Below are positions 31,842 to 43,265 of a DNA stretch of 64,000 nt, piece after piece. Made by a program: the position numbers and the translations under genes. The stretch is taken from NCBI GenBank assembly GCA_951406725.2, contig OX597828.1:66898001-66962000 (forward strand), read 5' to 3'. Position 1 is the first letter of the stretch. The number at the start of each line of letters is the position of its first letter. The stretch is from Octopus vulgaris. Lineage: Eukaryota. The notes under the pieces are model-generated. The model saw nothing but the letters and a program-made list of their open reading frames with translations. It was not told the origin of the DNA and ran no database searches.

Positions 31842-34800
31842 TGCTTGCCTTAAAGTCTTCAAATGCTTACAAATTCTGGGAAAGACTCGAGATATATTGC
31901 GAAACAACCTCTGAAGAGCTTCTTTCTGATCAAAGCGGATGGTGCAAATTTGAAAAAAGCAATGAAGTAATTTTTGAAGAGTTTCTAATTGAAGTAATCA
32001 TCTCAAGATTGGTTGACAAAACCTTTCATAGAAGTTCGAAAGGCCCCGAACAGCCACAGAAACAACTCAGCTGGTCTGAGGCTACTGACAATAAAGTCGA
32101 TGAAGAGTTTTCAGAAGAGGAGAGAAAATGCTTTAAAATAATCGAGGAATCTCAAGCGGAAGTTTATGAAGATTTGACGGAAGACGAAAAAACAGCAAGA
32201 CTTTTACAATCCCATTTGCATCACCAACTTCCTCGTACACCGCTCCAAATTAGAATGCCACAAATTTTCATTAGTGGTGGACAGTATAAATCAAAGTCTT
32301 CATATGAAATACCTCGACCTCAAACGAGGACTGACAGAAATCCCCGTAGCTATCAAAGACATCCAACAACACCAATGACATCATTTACAGAAGAGGAAAA
32401 ATTTTACAAGTTTCCATCTGCAAGAGAAGGATGGAGTTGTTTGATCTTACCTAGAGCGCAGCAAAGAAGCACAATAAAAGTTCCAAGCACTGGTCAAGAA
32501 GATATATCAAGTTACTCTACAAGTTGGTCAGAACCACGAAGTCCAGTCCATTATATGAGAATGGATGAACTTTGGGCTAATCTAGAAAAGGATAAAGCAG
32601 ACGGAGCAGAAAGCGTAGCATTCACTGTTGTACCACCCACCTATCCGGAATTGAAGGCATATCCTGCAGGTCAAACGATGCTTAAACGTTCAAGACTACC
32701 CGTAAGAATAAAAAACCTTCCCTTTAACCGTCACACGACGTCTTCACGAATACCCGTAGATACGATGCCTTCAAGAATACCCAGAAGAACAGAACGCCTG
32801 CTTAAAAGCCGTGCGATGCCTCCAAAAATACCCGCTAGAATAGAACGCTTACGCAAAAGAGGTGCTATGCCTTCAAGAATACCCCTGAGAACAGAATACT
32901 TACCTAAAAGATATACGATGCCTTCAAGTGTACCCCTAAGAAAAGAATACTTGCCTAAAAGCTATACGATGCCTTCACGAATACCCATAAGAACAAAACG
33001 CTTACTTAAAAGAGGTGTGTTACTCTCAACAAAACCCGCTCGAACAGGACGCTTATTTGGTGCTATGCCTTCAAGAATACCCGCAAGAAAAGAACTCTTA
33101 CCTCGTAGACGTCGTGTGAAGACTGTAACTTTTGCAGAGCTTCCTCATCGAATATATAAAGCATCACCTGTCACGAAAGCAATGCGAAGCGGTATGCAAA
33201 CAAGAAGATGGAATACTTTACAAGAGCCATACCAACTTCCAAGACCTAGTAAAGAATATGATTTAAGACAGGCGGCACAAAGACAAGCTGTCAAAAGTAT
33301 GAGAGATTTAGCAATCGAAAAACACCGTGCGAAGGTTTCTGGCAAGAGAACAATACCAAACGCTTGGGAGGCACAAATGGCAGCTCTGGAAAGGATAAGG
33401 GCTGCAGAGGCAGTAAAAAGACAAGCTGAGAAAAGAATGAGGGATTTAGAAATCGAAAACCAACGTGCGAAGGCCTCAGCCAAGGAAACAGTACTAAGCC
33501 CTGAGGAGGCACAAAGAGCAGCTCTCGAAAGGATAAGGTCTGCAGGAATCGATAAAGTCTTTGAGATAGTCTATGGCAGAAAACCATCGGTAACTATAGA
33601 TATAGTACCAAGCAGTCTACAGGCAGACATAGAACCACTACCAAGCAGTCCACAGGATTCTAGCAAGAAAATACCAAGCCCTACCAAAATAATACAGGAT
33701 GAAATACAACAGCGACATCAATGTTTGATGGATCGTATTGATGAATATAATGACAGAGTAGATACACTAGACCATTATATGGAAAGGATAAAGGATTCAC
33801 AAGAGCCATACGTAGTTCCAGAACGTTTTGATGAACTTGCTATCAGAGAGGCGGCAGCTTCCAGAGAATTGGAAGCTGTCAGAGAGGCGGCAAATAGACA
33901 ACTTCAAGATCTGATGGAAATGCGTTCTAGATCACAGAGAACTTACCCGCGAGTTTCAGTTCCAGATCTTAATAGAGAAGCTCCCAGAGAATTTGAAGTT
34001 GTCAGAGAGGCGGCAAATAAACAACTTCAAGATCTGATGGAAATACGTTCTAGATCACAGAGAACTTATCCGCGAGTTTCAATTCCAGATCTTAATAGAT
34101 TATCTTCCAGTGAACTGGAAGCTATCAGAGAGGCGGCAAATAGACAACTTCAAGATCTGATGGAAATGCGTTCTAGATCACAGAGAACTTACCCACGAAT
34201 TTCAATTCCAGATCTTAATAGAGAAGCTCCCAGAGAATTTGAAGTTGTCAGAGAGGCGGCAAATAGACAACTTCAAGATCTGATGGAAATACGTTCTAGA
34301 TCACAGAGAACTTATCCGCGAGTTTCAATTCCAGATCTTAATAGATTATCTTCCAGAGAATTGGAAGCTATCAGAGAGGCGGCAAATAGACAACTTCAAG
34401 ATCTGATGGAAATGCGTTCTAGATCAGAGAGAACTTACCCGCGAGTTTCAATTCCAGATCTTAATAGAGTAGCATCAACCGCAGCTCCACATTACAATGT
34501 GGCGGAACTTAGTAATAGAGGAGAAAAAAGGACTGGGAAACTTCATTCAGATCGTCTTTATTCTTCACGTTTGAATTATGAAGCAAGACCGAAGCTATCT
34601 GCAGCAGAGCGCCGTACATGGAACGAGGCACGACCAGTGGGGTCTAAAATCAGATATATCAGTCATCTTAGCCAAGTCACTGAGCCAAGGTTATCATTCA
34701 AGGCTCCTCGAGGTACAGTGAGTTCAAGAACTTCCTTAGAAGGTACACGTCACGCATGCCCAATTCATAGTATGAGACTTCCAAGACCACAAGGAACTCG

Positions 34801-34858
34801 TCGTTCGAGAACGTTGAGTGTAGAAAAGTTTCCTAGAGACTTCCAAGAATATTATTAA
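31841..34858 (+). CDS. Orphan ~1005-aa predicted disordered protein (family member 2) with 17-aa SxIP repeats, a KTVTF (RVxF) motif, 2x46-aa and 5x41-aa repeats
   Basis: Uninterrupted 3-kb ORF. The first ATG is at 31841; the ORF-track start at 31775 is a GTG running through (TA)n. Repeats are visible in both DNA and protein. AATAAA at about 34967 and 34998. Confidence 0.82.
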
Positions 34859-34901
34859 AACTAAAAAAAAGCAAAATAAGTGAAATACACAAACATAAAG
34901 T

Positions 34902-35290
34902 TATTCGAATTATTTTACAAATATATTGAAATTAACGGTGGTCGATCAGATATCGATAACCACTACAATAAATCACGTTCAATAATAATTCAGATTCAAT
35001 AAATTGAAAGTATAAATTATCCCTATTGATTTATTTATATATCTATATAACAGAATGTTGTGTGACAGGACTATATCAGAGTATTAATGATACAATAAGA
35101 GAAGACTGAATTGACCATGTAATGGTGTTCAGCAGTCTTTTTCAAACAAATCTATGATGAAAACACCGTTCCGACTATGACCTCCCAGGCTTTTCTCTTT
35201 TCTCTTTTTTGATATCAGAGGCTACATCGTCTGAACTAATTTTAAGACGGTAAGGTACGATGAGAGGGAGATTTCGTTGGTATTTCTAGG
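34902..35290 (+). promoter_or_regulatory. Shared 3' module, copy 2
   Basis: Nearly identical to 19977-20364. Confidence 0.7.
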
Positions 35291-35920
35291 CATCGATGTC
35301 GTGGCACTCCACCTCCTCCTTCTTGTCCTCCTTCTCCTTCTTGTCGTCCTTCTCCTTCTTGTCGTCCTCCTCCTTCTTGTCGTCCTCCTCCTTCTTGTCC
35401 TCCTTCTCCTTCTTGTCGTCCTCCTCCTTCTTGTCCTCCTTCTCCTTCTTGTCCCCCCTCCTCCTCCTCCTCCTCCTCCTCCTCCTCCTCCTCCTCCTTC
35501 TTCTTCTTCTTCTTCTTCTTCTCCTTCTTCTTCTTCTTCTCCTCCTCCTCCTCCTCCTCCTTCTTCTTCTTCTTCTTCTTCTTCTTCTTCTTCTTCTTCT
35601 TCTTCTTCTTTATCATGTTTGTTAGGCAGCATGATTTCTCCTGCTCTTGTAGCGCTAGAATACCACGCCGATGTATATTTTTACCAATGTGCAGTTAATT
35701 TATCAGAAATACTATTCAAATCTTCCGCAAAGTCCACCAGACAAATTAAAACAAAGAATACATTTGACAGATAGTTCTAGGTGAATTACACCCATAACAA
35801 AAGACGAGATGGTCACGGCTAGAGTGCCGATGATCATAAGATTACTGACTCACGGCTAATCTAGTGCTAAACAAGACGTTTTGTTTGTAGTATAATTGGT
35901 GAGTCAACTGATGAAATACC

Positions 35921-36150
35921 TATTTCTTTACTACCCACAAGGGGCTAAACACAGAGGGGACAAACAAGGACAGACAAACGGATTAAGTCGATTACATCGA
36001 CCCCAGTGCGTAACTGGTACTTAATTTATCGACCCCGAAAGGATGAAAGGCAAAGTCGACCTCGGCGGAATTTGAACTCAGAACAACGACAGACGAAATA
36101 CGGTTACGCATTTCGCCCGTCGTGCTAACGTTTCTGCCAGCTCGCCGCCT
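35921..36150 (-). mobile_element. tRNA-derived SINE with 17-bp TSD
   Basis: Reverse complement of the 50379-50610 family. TSD TCAACTGATGAAATACC at 35904-35920 and 36151-36167. The empty site is at about 22166. Confidence 0.92.
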
Positions 36151-37409
36151 TCAACTGATGAAATACCAATACAGCGAATGGTGATGTGGTTATGCTGAGA
36201 TAGAAATATTATTCAAAAGGAAGGCAAGTTAAAAAACACCCAACAAAACGAAAGATTTTCTAATCACATAAACAAAGTGTAAAATTTAGGCATCTTTAAA
36301 TTATTTGACACGTAGTAACCTTCTGTTGGAAGATCTGTTTCATCTTGGTTAGGTCGTAGCCTGGCAGCGCAGTGACGGGTTATAACTAGTTTATCTTAAA
36401 AGACGTCACCTGGGTGTCCTAGCATACTCTGATTCTTTGAATGTTTAGTGTCTTTACTTTCTAAGGATTGTACAAAAAGTTGTTATGGTCTCATAAGGGT
36501 TCTAGTTTCCGCAAAATTATAACTAAGAACATTTTGATATATTGTGTACTAGATATTGGTATATTGCATACTAAGTTTTCTCCATATCCAATTCTACAAA
36601 TATACAGAGAGATTTGTCCATTATAGGACCTCACCAGGGTTACTGTCTGTACTCAATAGTCAGTAATATAAGTTCACACACGCGCGCAAGCAAACATACA
36701 CACACAAACACGCACACATACAAACACATACAAACACGCAAACATACATACACAAACACAAACACACACACACACACAAACGCAAACACAAACACAAACA
36801 CACGCACACAAGCGCGCGCAAACATGCACACACAAGTACAAACACAAACACGCACACATACAAACACAAACACATACACACACGCACGCACGCGCGCAAA
36901 CATGCATACACAAACACAAATACACACACACACACATTAGATGAACTTATATAAGTATTTATGTCTTCGGAACAAGTCGCAAGAACGATCTTTTTGGAAT
37001 TTTTTTTCTCAAAGGATAATCTTGAATAAAACCATTTCGAATGTATCGACATCTCTTAATATAATAATGAGAGTAGTGTTTTTATACATTTGTCCAAAAT
37101 CACGCAGTAGGAGGGAGTGAAAGAAAGAGTAGTATAAGTGAAGGGAGAGGAAAGAAAATAGTAATTCAGTGAAGGAGAAGTAGTGAGAGTAATAGCTATG
37201 ACTGACAGGGTGTGAGAGAAAGCAATAGCAATGAGATAGAGGAAGTGGTAGAGAGAGCGTCGCATTCACCACACGTCATTGCGGTAAAGTGAGTATAAAT
37301 TGCTGCGATACAAATGTAGTTCGTGAGTGTGTTTATATTTTTGTCATTGTATACATATATTTATATTTATGTATGTATATATGTATGTATGCATGTATGT
37401 ATATATATT

Positions 37410-37468
<59 letters not shown>

Positions 37469-37501
37469 ATATATATGTATATATATATGTATATGTATAT
37501 A

Positions 37502-37855
<354 letters not shown>

Positions 37856-38241
37856 ATGTTGTAATGAAGGAAATATAACAAAGTTAACAATCAAATATGT
37901 ATTCTTTATTCCAAATAAGACAAATGGGAAAAGTCTCTTCTTGACATAAATAATAACATTGTTAGATTATCATTAGTAAGAAACTGTTGATACTATCATA
38001 TCCGGCACATCCCACCACATTATATATGTCCGTAGAGGCTTCCCTATGAAATAGGCTTAGAGGAACACTGAAAAGAATAAATTCAAAGGGGAACTATTTT
38101 GTTTACATTCTACGAAAATCATTTGCTCTAATATTTCGGTTCCATTGTGTGTGTGTGTGTGTGTATGTGTGTGCATGTGTGTGCGTGCGTGTGTGTGTTT
38201 ACAGTATTTACAGTGCTTGTTATCATTTCACTTACAATTTT

Positions 38242-38715
38242 AGTTGAACCCAATCAATGGTTTATTCAATGGGACTCGGATCTTAGTGCTGTCCATCAAT
38301 GATTTTTTTCATTCATGGAAAAATACTCAACGGGAGTAATAAAGGAGAGAAGGCCTTTATTCTGTGCATCAACTTCCCTTTAGCATGAGTAGACGACAGT
38401 TTCCTGTTATCCCAGCATTTGCAATGACTATAAACAAATCAGGAGGACGGAGCTTTAATGATGTTGGTACCATCTTACCGTCACCAGTATTCAGCCATGG
38501 ACAACTTTATGTCGCATTGAGTAGAAGTAGAAACAGGAATATTAAAATGTTAATAAAAGACCATCCAAAACAAGGCGAACTCATTGGTGGTAGGGTCTTC
38601 ACTAGAAACGCGTTGTCGAAGCAATTGCTAAGATAAAGGTTGTAATCTTTCAATTTTATTTTTATTTTCCGTATCATTTTCATTCCGTCATCTCTGACGT
38701 CACGGATACTCCAGT
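38242..38715 (+). mobile_element. Helitron RepHel PIF1-type helicase C-terminal fragment and 3' end
   Basis: NGLFNGTR and [19 protein letters not shown]...[15 protein letters not shown]. Downstream hairpin CCGT...ACGG and a degenerate CTAG. Confidence 0.85.
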
Positions 38716-38959
38716 GAGTGAGATGAAAAATGTGAGATCACCAGACTAAGTTCCTTTCGGTATCTAAGTGTATATCTAAGTGTATATATGTGGGATCGAG
38801 TGTCCTCATGCATGTATGTGTGCTTTCATGCACATGTATATGTGTGCAGGTGTGTGTGTGTCTACAGTATATGTGTGGATATGCGTATGGCGTCCGTATT
38901 CTGCTTATGTGTTTGTGTATGTGTCTAAGTATAAACGTGTTAGTTACATCAATCTACTA

Positions 38960-39190
38960 TATGTATGAAATACCGAACGCATAGTGATGAGTTGATATGT
39001 TGTATGACAACTATAAAACATTTTATATCCAGTCATATTAAACTAAAATATATTTTTATCTTAACATATTCACAATAGGCTTTGAGAGGACATCTACAAA
39101 CGCTCAATACAAAATCAACTGTATGGTGAACATTCATAAAACATATTAACCGTGCATCCTCATTGATATTAATGTTACTCAAAGAATGAA
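38960..39190 (+). promoter_or_regulatory. Shared upstream module, copy 3 (distal half only)
   Basis: Colinear with 31270-31512. Homology stops at ACTCAAAGAATGAA, which contains the ORF start codon. Confidence 0.65.
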
Positions 39191-42100
39191 CTTAAGTCGG
39201 GTAGGTTTTAATGATGACAGTGTTCTAGATGAAAGACAGTTATATGAAGGACAGTTATTGCCTTTAGCATCGTCTACGCCCCAAAAAAGTAGAAAGAGAA
39301 CCGAGAGCTTGTCACAACTTCATCCACATCTAACTTATGATGAAGCAAAACGGCCCGAATTTGAGGATGATAGGCAAAGAAATCTCCAACAGGGTGACGC
39401 AAGAATATCATCTCTATCAAGGTCTGGAGTAACTCCACCAGGAGCTACAGCGAGTGACAGAGTGTCATCAGTTAAGCGTGATGAAAATATTTCAGATGAA
39501 AGAACTTTATGGCCTTTCCACGCGATAGATACGCCCACAAAATATAGAGAGAGACTTGCACGTTTATCTTCACGTCCTCAACGTGTAACACACGGTGCAG
39601 CAAAATGGCCCGAAGTTGCGGACACTACGGCTTTGTCTCAAATAGAATTTCCACAGGAAAAGGAAATCGACGAATTGATTGAAACACACCCTGATAGAAT
39701 TTCGAAACAAAAACCATTAACTCCCGTTGGCCCTATACCCTGGGAAAATATTCTGCGAAAGCAGGACTCATCTTACAAGTTTCCCTCCGTTGACCTAAGT
39801 TGGTCTCAGATGCTTCTTAGTGATGATGAAATTCCCAGTGGGCGACGAAGGAGGAGGCGTTCATATGAACCCAGTATAGTCCATGATTCTTTAACACCTC
39901 GTAGACTATCAGATATTTCATATGTTTACCAAGAACCTCACCTAGACTTAATAAATGTATCTCCTGCAATTGACGAATTATTTCGAGACGTAACTCCTTC
40001 AAGGCCTGGAGAACCTCCACCAGGAGATACAGCTAGCCTCTCACCAGTTAAGTATGATGAAAACGAAAGCGTTATTGAAGAAGAGATAGATAGACTTGAT
40101 GAAATGAGGAGCGTTATTGAAAAAGAGATCGATATACTGGATGAAAAAAGGAGTGTTACTGAAGAAGAGATTGATAGATTGGATGAAATGAGGAGTGCTG
40201 CTGAAGAAGAGATCGATAGACTGGATGAAATTAGGAACGCTACTGAAGAAGAGATCGATAAACTGGATGAAATTAGGAGCGCCATTGGGAAAGAAACCCA
40301 CAGATTGGATGAAATGAGGGGTGCTACTGAAGAAGAGATCGAAAGAGCAGATGAAAAAAGAAGCGTTACTGAAGAAGTGATCGATGGACTGGATGAAATG
40401 AGAAGCGTTACTGAAGAGATCGATGGACTGGATGAAAAGAGGAGCGTTACTGAAGAAGAGATCGATAGACTGGATGAAATTAGGAACGCTATTGGAACAG
40501 AAATTGAAAGACTGGATGAAATTAGGGGTTTTACTGAAGAAGAGCTCGAAAGACTGGATGGAATGAGAAGCGTTACTGAAGAAGAGATCGATAGACTGGA
40601 TGAAATGAGGAGCGTTATTGAAACACAAACTGAAAAGACAGACGATAGAATTTCGCCACAAAGGCATCACAAATATCTGTCCGAAACATTACCAGCACTA
40701 CAACGCAGTCCTTTACGCATAACTCCTGATTATCCTCTTTCTCGCACATTACCAATCGTTAAAATATCAGAGTTTTCAGACCCTTACCGTGCTGCCACTC
40801 GTGCTTGCATCCCCCCCAAATCTCAAATGTCACCACGTTACCGACAGCCACAAGAAATATTATTACGCACTTCCACTGATGCTAATGTATCACCAGTCAG
40901 TTCCGAGGAACCCAGTTTGTTATCAGATGACCTTATAGATCAGTCACTATCACCTTTCAGCAAAATATCTGACATTTCTTTAATTTTGTCAGAACCTAGT
41001 GTAAACGTACCATACGAAGATTCTGAAAGTATAGTTCCTGGGGTGTTCCCAGAGAATATTCCAAATATTTTAGAAGCATACGAAGAAAAAGATTCTGAAA
41101 GCGTTTTGCGTGATATTTTTGCTCTACCACCTATTTCAGATGGATTTCAAGAAGAGGATGCTAAAGATGAAGGTTCGAGCCATTATGAGAGTTGGGAAGA
41201 GTTTCCAGAGGAGGAATATATTACAAGCATTCCGGAAGAATCTAAGCAAAATACCGAAAGGGTATTACAAGCGATTGCAGATCTATCATCGATTGAGGGA
41301 GATTCTGAAAACGCAGTGTTTGCATCTCAAATAACAAAACCAAGTCCTTTAGATTTAGGTGTGAAACAACTGTTTAGCAAGTTACGTTCATTTATTGCCT
41401 ATAAATTATCTATTGGGGAAGATCCAAATGCAGAGCTTCCTGAAGAAGAAGATACCCGTGGAATTTACTTAGCTGTAAAGAATCTGCATGAAAGGATGCA
41501 TGCGGAAGATCGCCTTCAATCGAACTTAGATAAGCCGGAAGTTGGAGAAAAAGAGACTTCACCGGTTAGAGTACGAAAGCCTAGAGTGACAAAGCCAAGA
41601 GTACCAAAGACTAAAGGGCCAAAAGTCAAACTAATAATGCCTTCACCAGTTAAAGAGCCAGAGCCTTCACCGGTTAGAGAACCAGAACCTACAACGGCTA
41701 GAGTACGAAAGCCGAGAGTACCAAAGCCTAGAGTTCCAAAGCCTTCACCGGTTAGAGTACCAGAGCTATCACCAGTTAGAGAACCAGAACCTACAACGGC
41801 CAGAGTACGAAAGCCGAGAGTACCAAAGCCTAGAGTTCCAAAGCCTTCACCGGTTAGAGTACCAGAGTTATCACCAGTTAGAGAACCAGAACCTACAACG
41901 GCTAGAGTTCGAAAGCCGAGAGTACCAAAGCCTAGAGTTCCAAAGCCTTCACCAGTTAGAGAACCAGAGCCATCACCAGTTAGAGAACCAGAGCCTGCAC
42001 CGGTTAGAGTACGAAAGCCAAGAGTAACAAAGCCGAGAGTACCAAAGTCTAGAGTACGCGAGGTTTCACCGGTTAGAGAACCAGAGCTGTCACCAGTTAG

Positions 42101-43265
42101 AGAACCGGAACTTTCACTAGTTAGAGAAGCGGAACCTGCACCGGTTCGAGTACGAATGCCAAGAGTAACAAGGCCGAGAGTACCAAAGCCGAAAGTAGGA
42201 AGGCCGAGAATACGCAGCGTTTCACCAGATAGATTACATTTGCTTTTACAACTTGGATCCCCAGAGTCTAGAGTACACGAGGTTTCACCAGCTAGAGAAC
42301 CAGAGCTTTTACTAGATAGACCCCCAGAGCTTTCACCAGTTAGAGCACCAGAGCCTACAACGGCTAGAGTACGAAAACCCAGAGTACCAAGGCCGAGAGT
42401 ACCGAAGCCTTCACCATTTAGAGAACCAGGGATTTCACCAGTTATTTTACCAGAGCCTTCACCGGATATAGTACCAATGCCTAGAGTACGAAAGCCGAGA
42501 GTTTCGAGGCCTAGAGTACCGAAGCCTTCACCATTTAGAGAACCAGGGATTTCACCAGTTATTTTACCAGAGCCTTCACCGGATATAGTACTAATGCCTA
42601 GAGTACGAAAGCCGAGAGTTTCGAGGCCTAGAGTACCGAAGCCTTCACCAGTTAGAGAACCAGGGATTTCACCAGTTATTTTACCAGAGCCTTCACCGGA
42701 TATAGTACTAATGCCTAGAGTACGAAAGCCGAGAGTTTCGAGGCCTAGAGTACCGAAGCCTTCACCAGTTAGAGAACCAGGGATTTCACCAGTTATTTTA
42801 CCAGAGCCTTCACCGGATATAGTACTAATGCCTAGAGTACGAAAGCCGAGAGTTTCGAGGCCTAGAGTGCCAAAGCCTTCACCAGTTAGGGAAGCAGAGC
42901 TTTCACCAGTTATTTTACCAGAGCCTTCACCGGATATAGTACCAATGCCTAGAGTACGAAAGCCGAGAGTTTCGAGGCCTAGAGTGCCTAAGACTTCAAC
43001 AGTTAGAGAACCAGAGCCTTCTTCAGGCAGTGATCCGTCTCTACCGGTTAGAGTTCGAAAGCCTAGAGTTCGACGGCTTACTGTGCAAAATCCTAGAATA
43101 CCAAGACCTTCACCAATTAGAGCACAAATGCCTCCACTAGAGTATGAATCAACTTTGAGATGGACACGTCCTAGTAGAAAAAGCCTGGCAACGATTTTTG
43201 CAAGCGAATCTGACAGCTCTCCACCATCACCAAATCTTCGAATTCGGCCAGGTGAAAATGAATAA
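39186..43265 (+). CDS. Orphan 1359-aa predicted disordered protein (family member 3) with ~13x14-aa acidic repeats and Pro/Arg/Lys-rich 34-aa and 39-aa repeats
   Basis: Uninterrupted 4.1-kb ORF. 42-bp repeats at 40068-40622, 102-bp repeats from about 41682 and 117-bp repeats at about 42365-43000. Shares YKFPS-x4-WS with member 2. Confidence 0.82.
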   Translation: MNLSRVGFNDDSVLDERQLYEGQLLPLASSTPQKSRKRTESLSQLHPHLTYDEAKRPEFEDDRQRNLQQGDARISSLSRSGVTPPGATASDRVSSVKRDENISDERTLWPFHAIDTPTKYRERLARLSSRPQRVTHGAAKWPEVADTTALSQIEFPQEKEIDELIETHPDRISKQKPLTPVGPIPWENILRKQDSSYKFPSVDLSWSQMLLSDDEIPSGRRRRRRSYEPSIVHDSLTPRRLSDISYVYQEPHLDLINVSPAIDELFRDVTPSRPGEPPPGDTASLSPVKYDENESVIEEEIDRLDEMRSVIEKEIDILDEKRSVTEEEIDRLDEMRSAAEEEIDRLDEIRNATEEEIDKLDEIRSAIGKETHRLDEMRGATEEEIERADEKRSVTEEVIDGLDEMRSVTEEIDGLDEKRSVTEEEIDRLDEIRNAIGTEIERLDEIRGFTEEELERLDGMRSVTEEEIDRLDEMRSVIETQTEKTDDRISPQRHHKYLSETLPALQRSPLRITPDYPLSRTLPIVKISEFSDPYRAATRACIPPKSQMSPRYRQPQEILLRTSTDANVSPVSSEEPSLLSDDLIDQSLSPFSKISDISLILSEPSVNVPYEDSESIVPGVFPENIPNILEAYEEKDSESVLRDIFALPPISDGFQEEDAKDEGSSHYESWEEFPEEEYITSIPEESKQNTERVLQAIADLSSIEGDSENAVFASQITKPSPLDLGVKQLFSKLRSFIAYKLSIGEDPNAELPEEEDTRGIYLAVKNLHERMHAEDRLQSNLDKPEVGEKETSPVRVRKPRVTKPRVPKTKGPKVKLIMPSPVKEPEPSPVREPEPTTARVRKPRVPKPRVPKPSPVRVPELSPVREPEPTTARVRKPRVPKPRVPKPSPVRVPELSPVREPEPTTARVRKPRVPKPRVPKPSPVREPEPSPVREPEPAPVRVRKPRVTKPRVPKSRVREVSPVREPELSPVREPELSLVREAEPAPVRVRMPRVTRPRVPKPKVGRPRIRSVSPDRLHLLLQLGSPESRVHEVSPAREPELLLDRPPELSPVRAPEPTTARVRKPRVPRPRVPKPSPFREPGISPVILPEPSPDIVPMPRVRKPRVSRPRVPKPSPFREPGISPVILPEPSPDIVLMPRVRKPRVSRPRVPKPSPVREPGISPVILPEPSPDIVLMPRVRKPRVSRPRVPKPSPVREPGISPVILPEPSPDIVLMPRVRKPRVSRPRVPKPSPVREAELSPVILPEPSPDIVPMPRVRKPRVSRPRVPKTSTVREPEPSSGSDPSLPVRVRKPRVRRLTVQNPRIPRPSPIRAQMPPLEYESTLRWTRPSRKSLATIFASESDSSPPSPNLRIRPGENE

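Noticed and set aside
38364-38636. Host PIF1 helicase gene
   Set aside because: It is an isolated, frameshifted C-terminal piece followed by a Helitron-type 3' hairpin, so a Helitron remnant.
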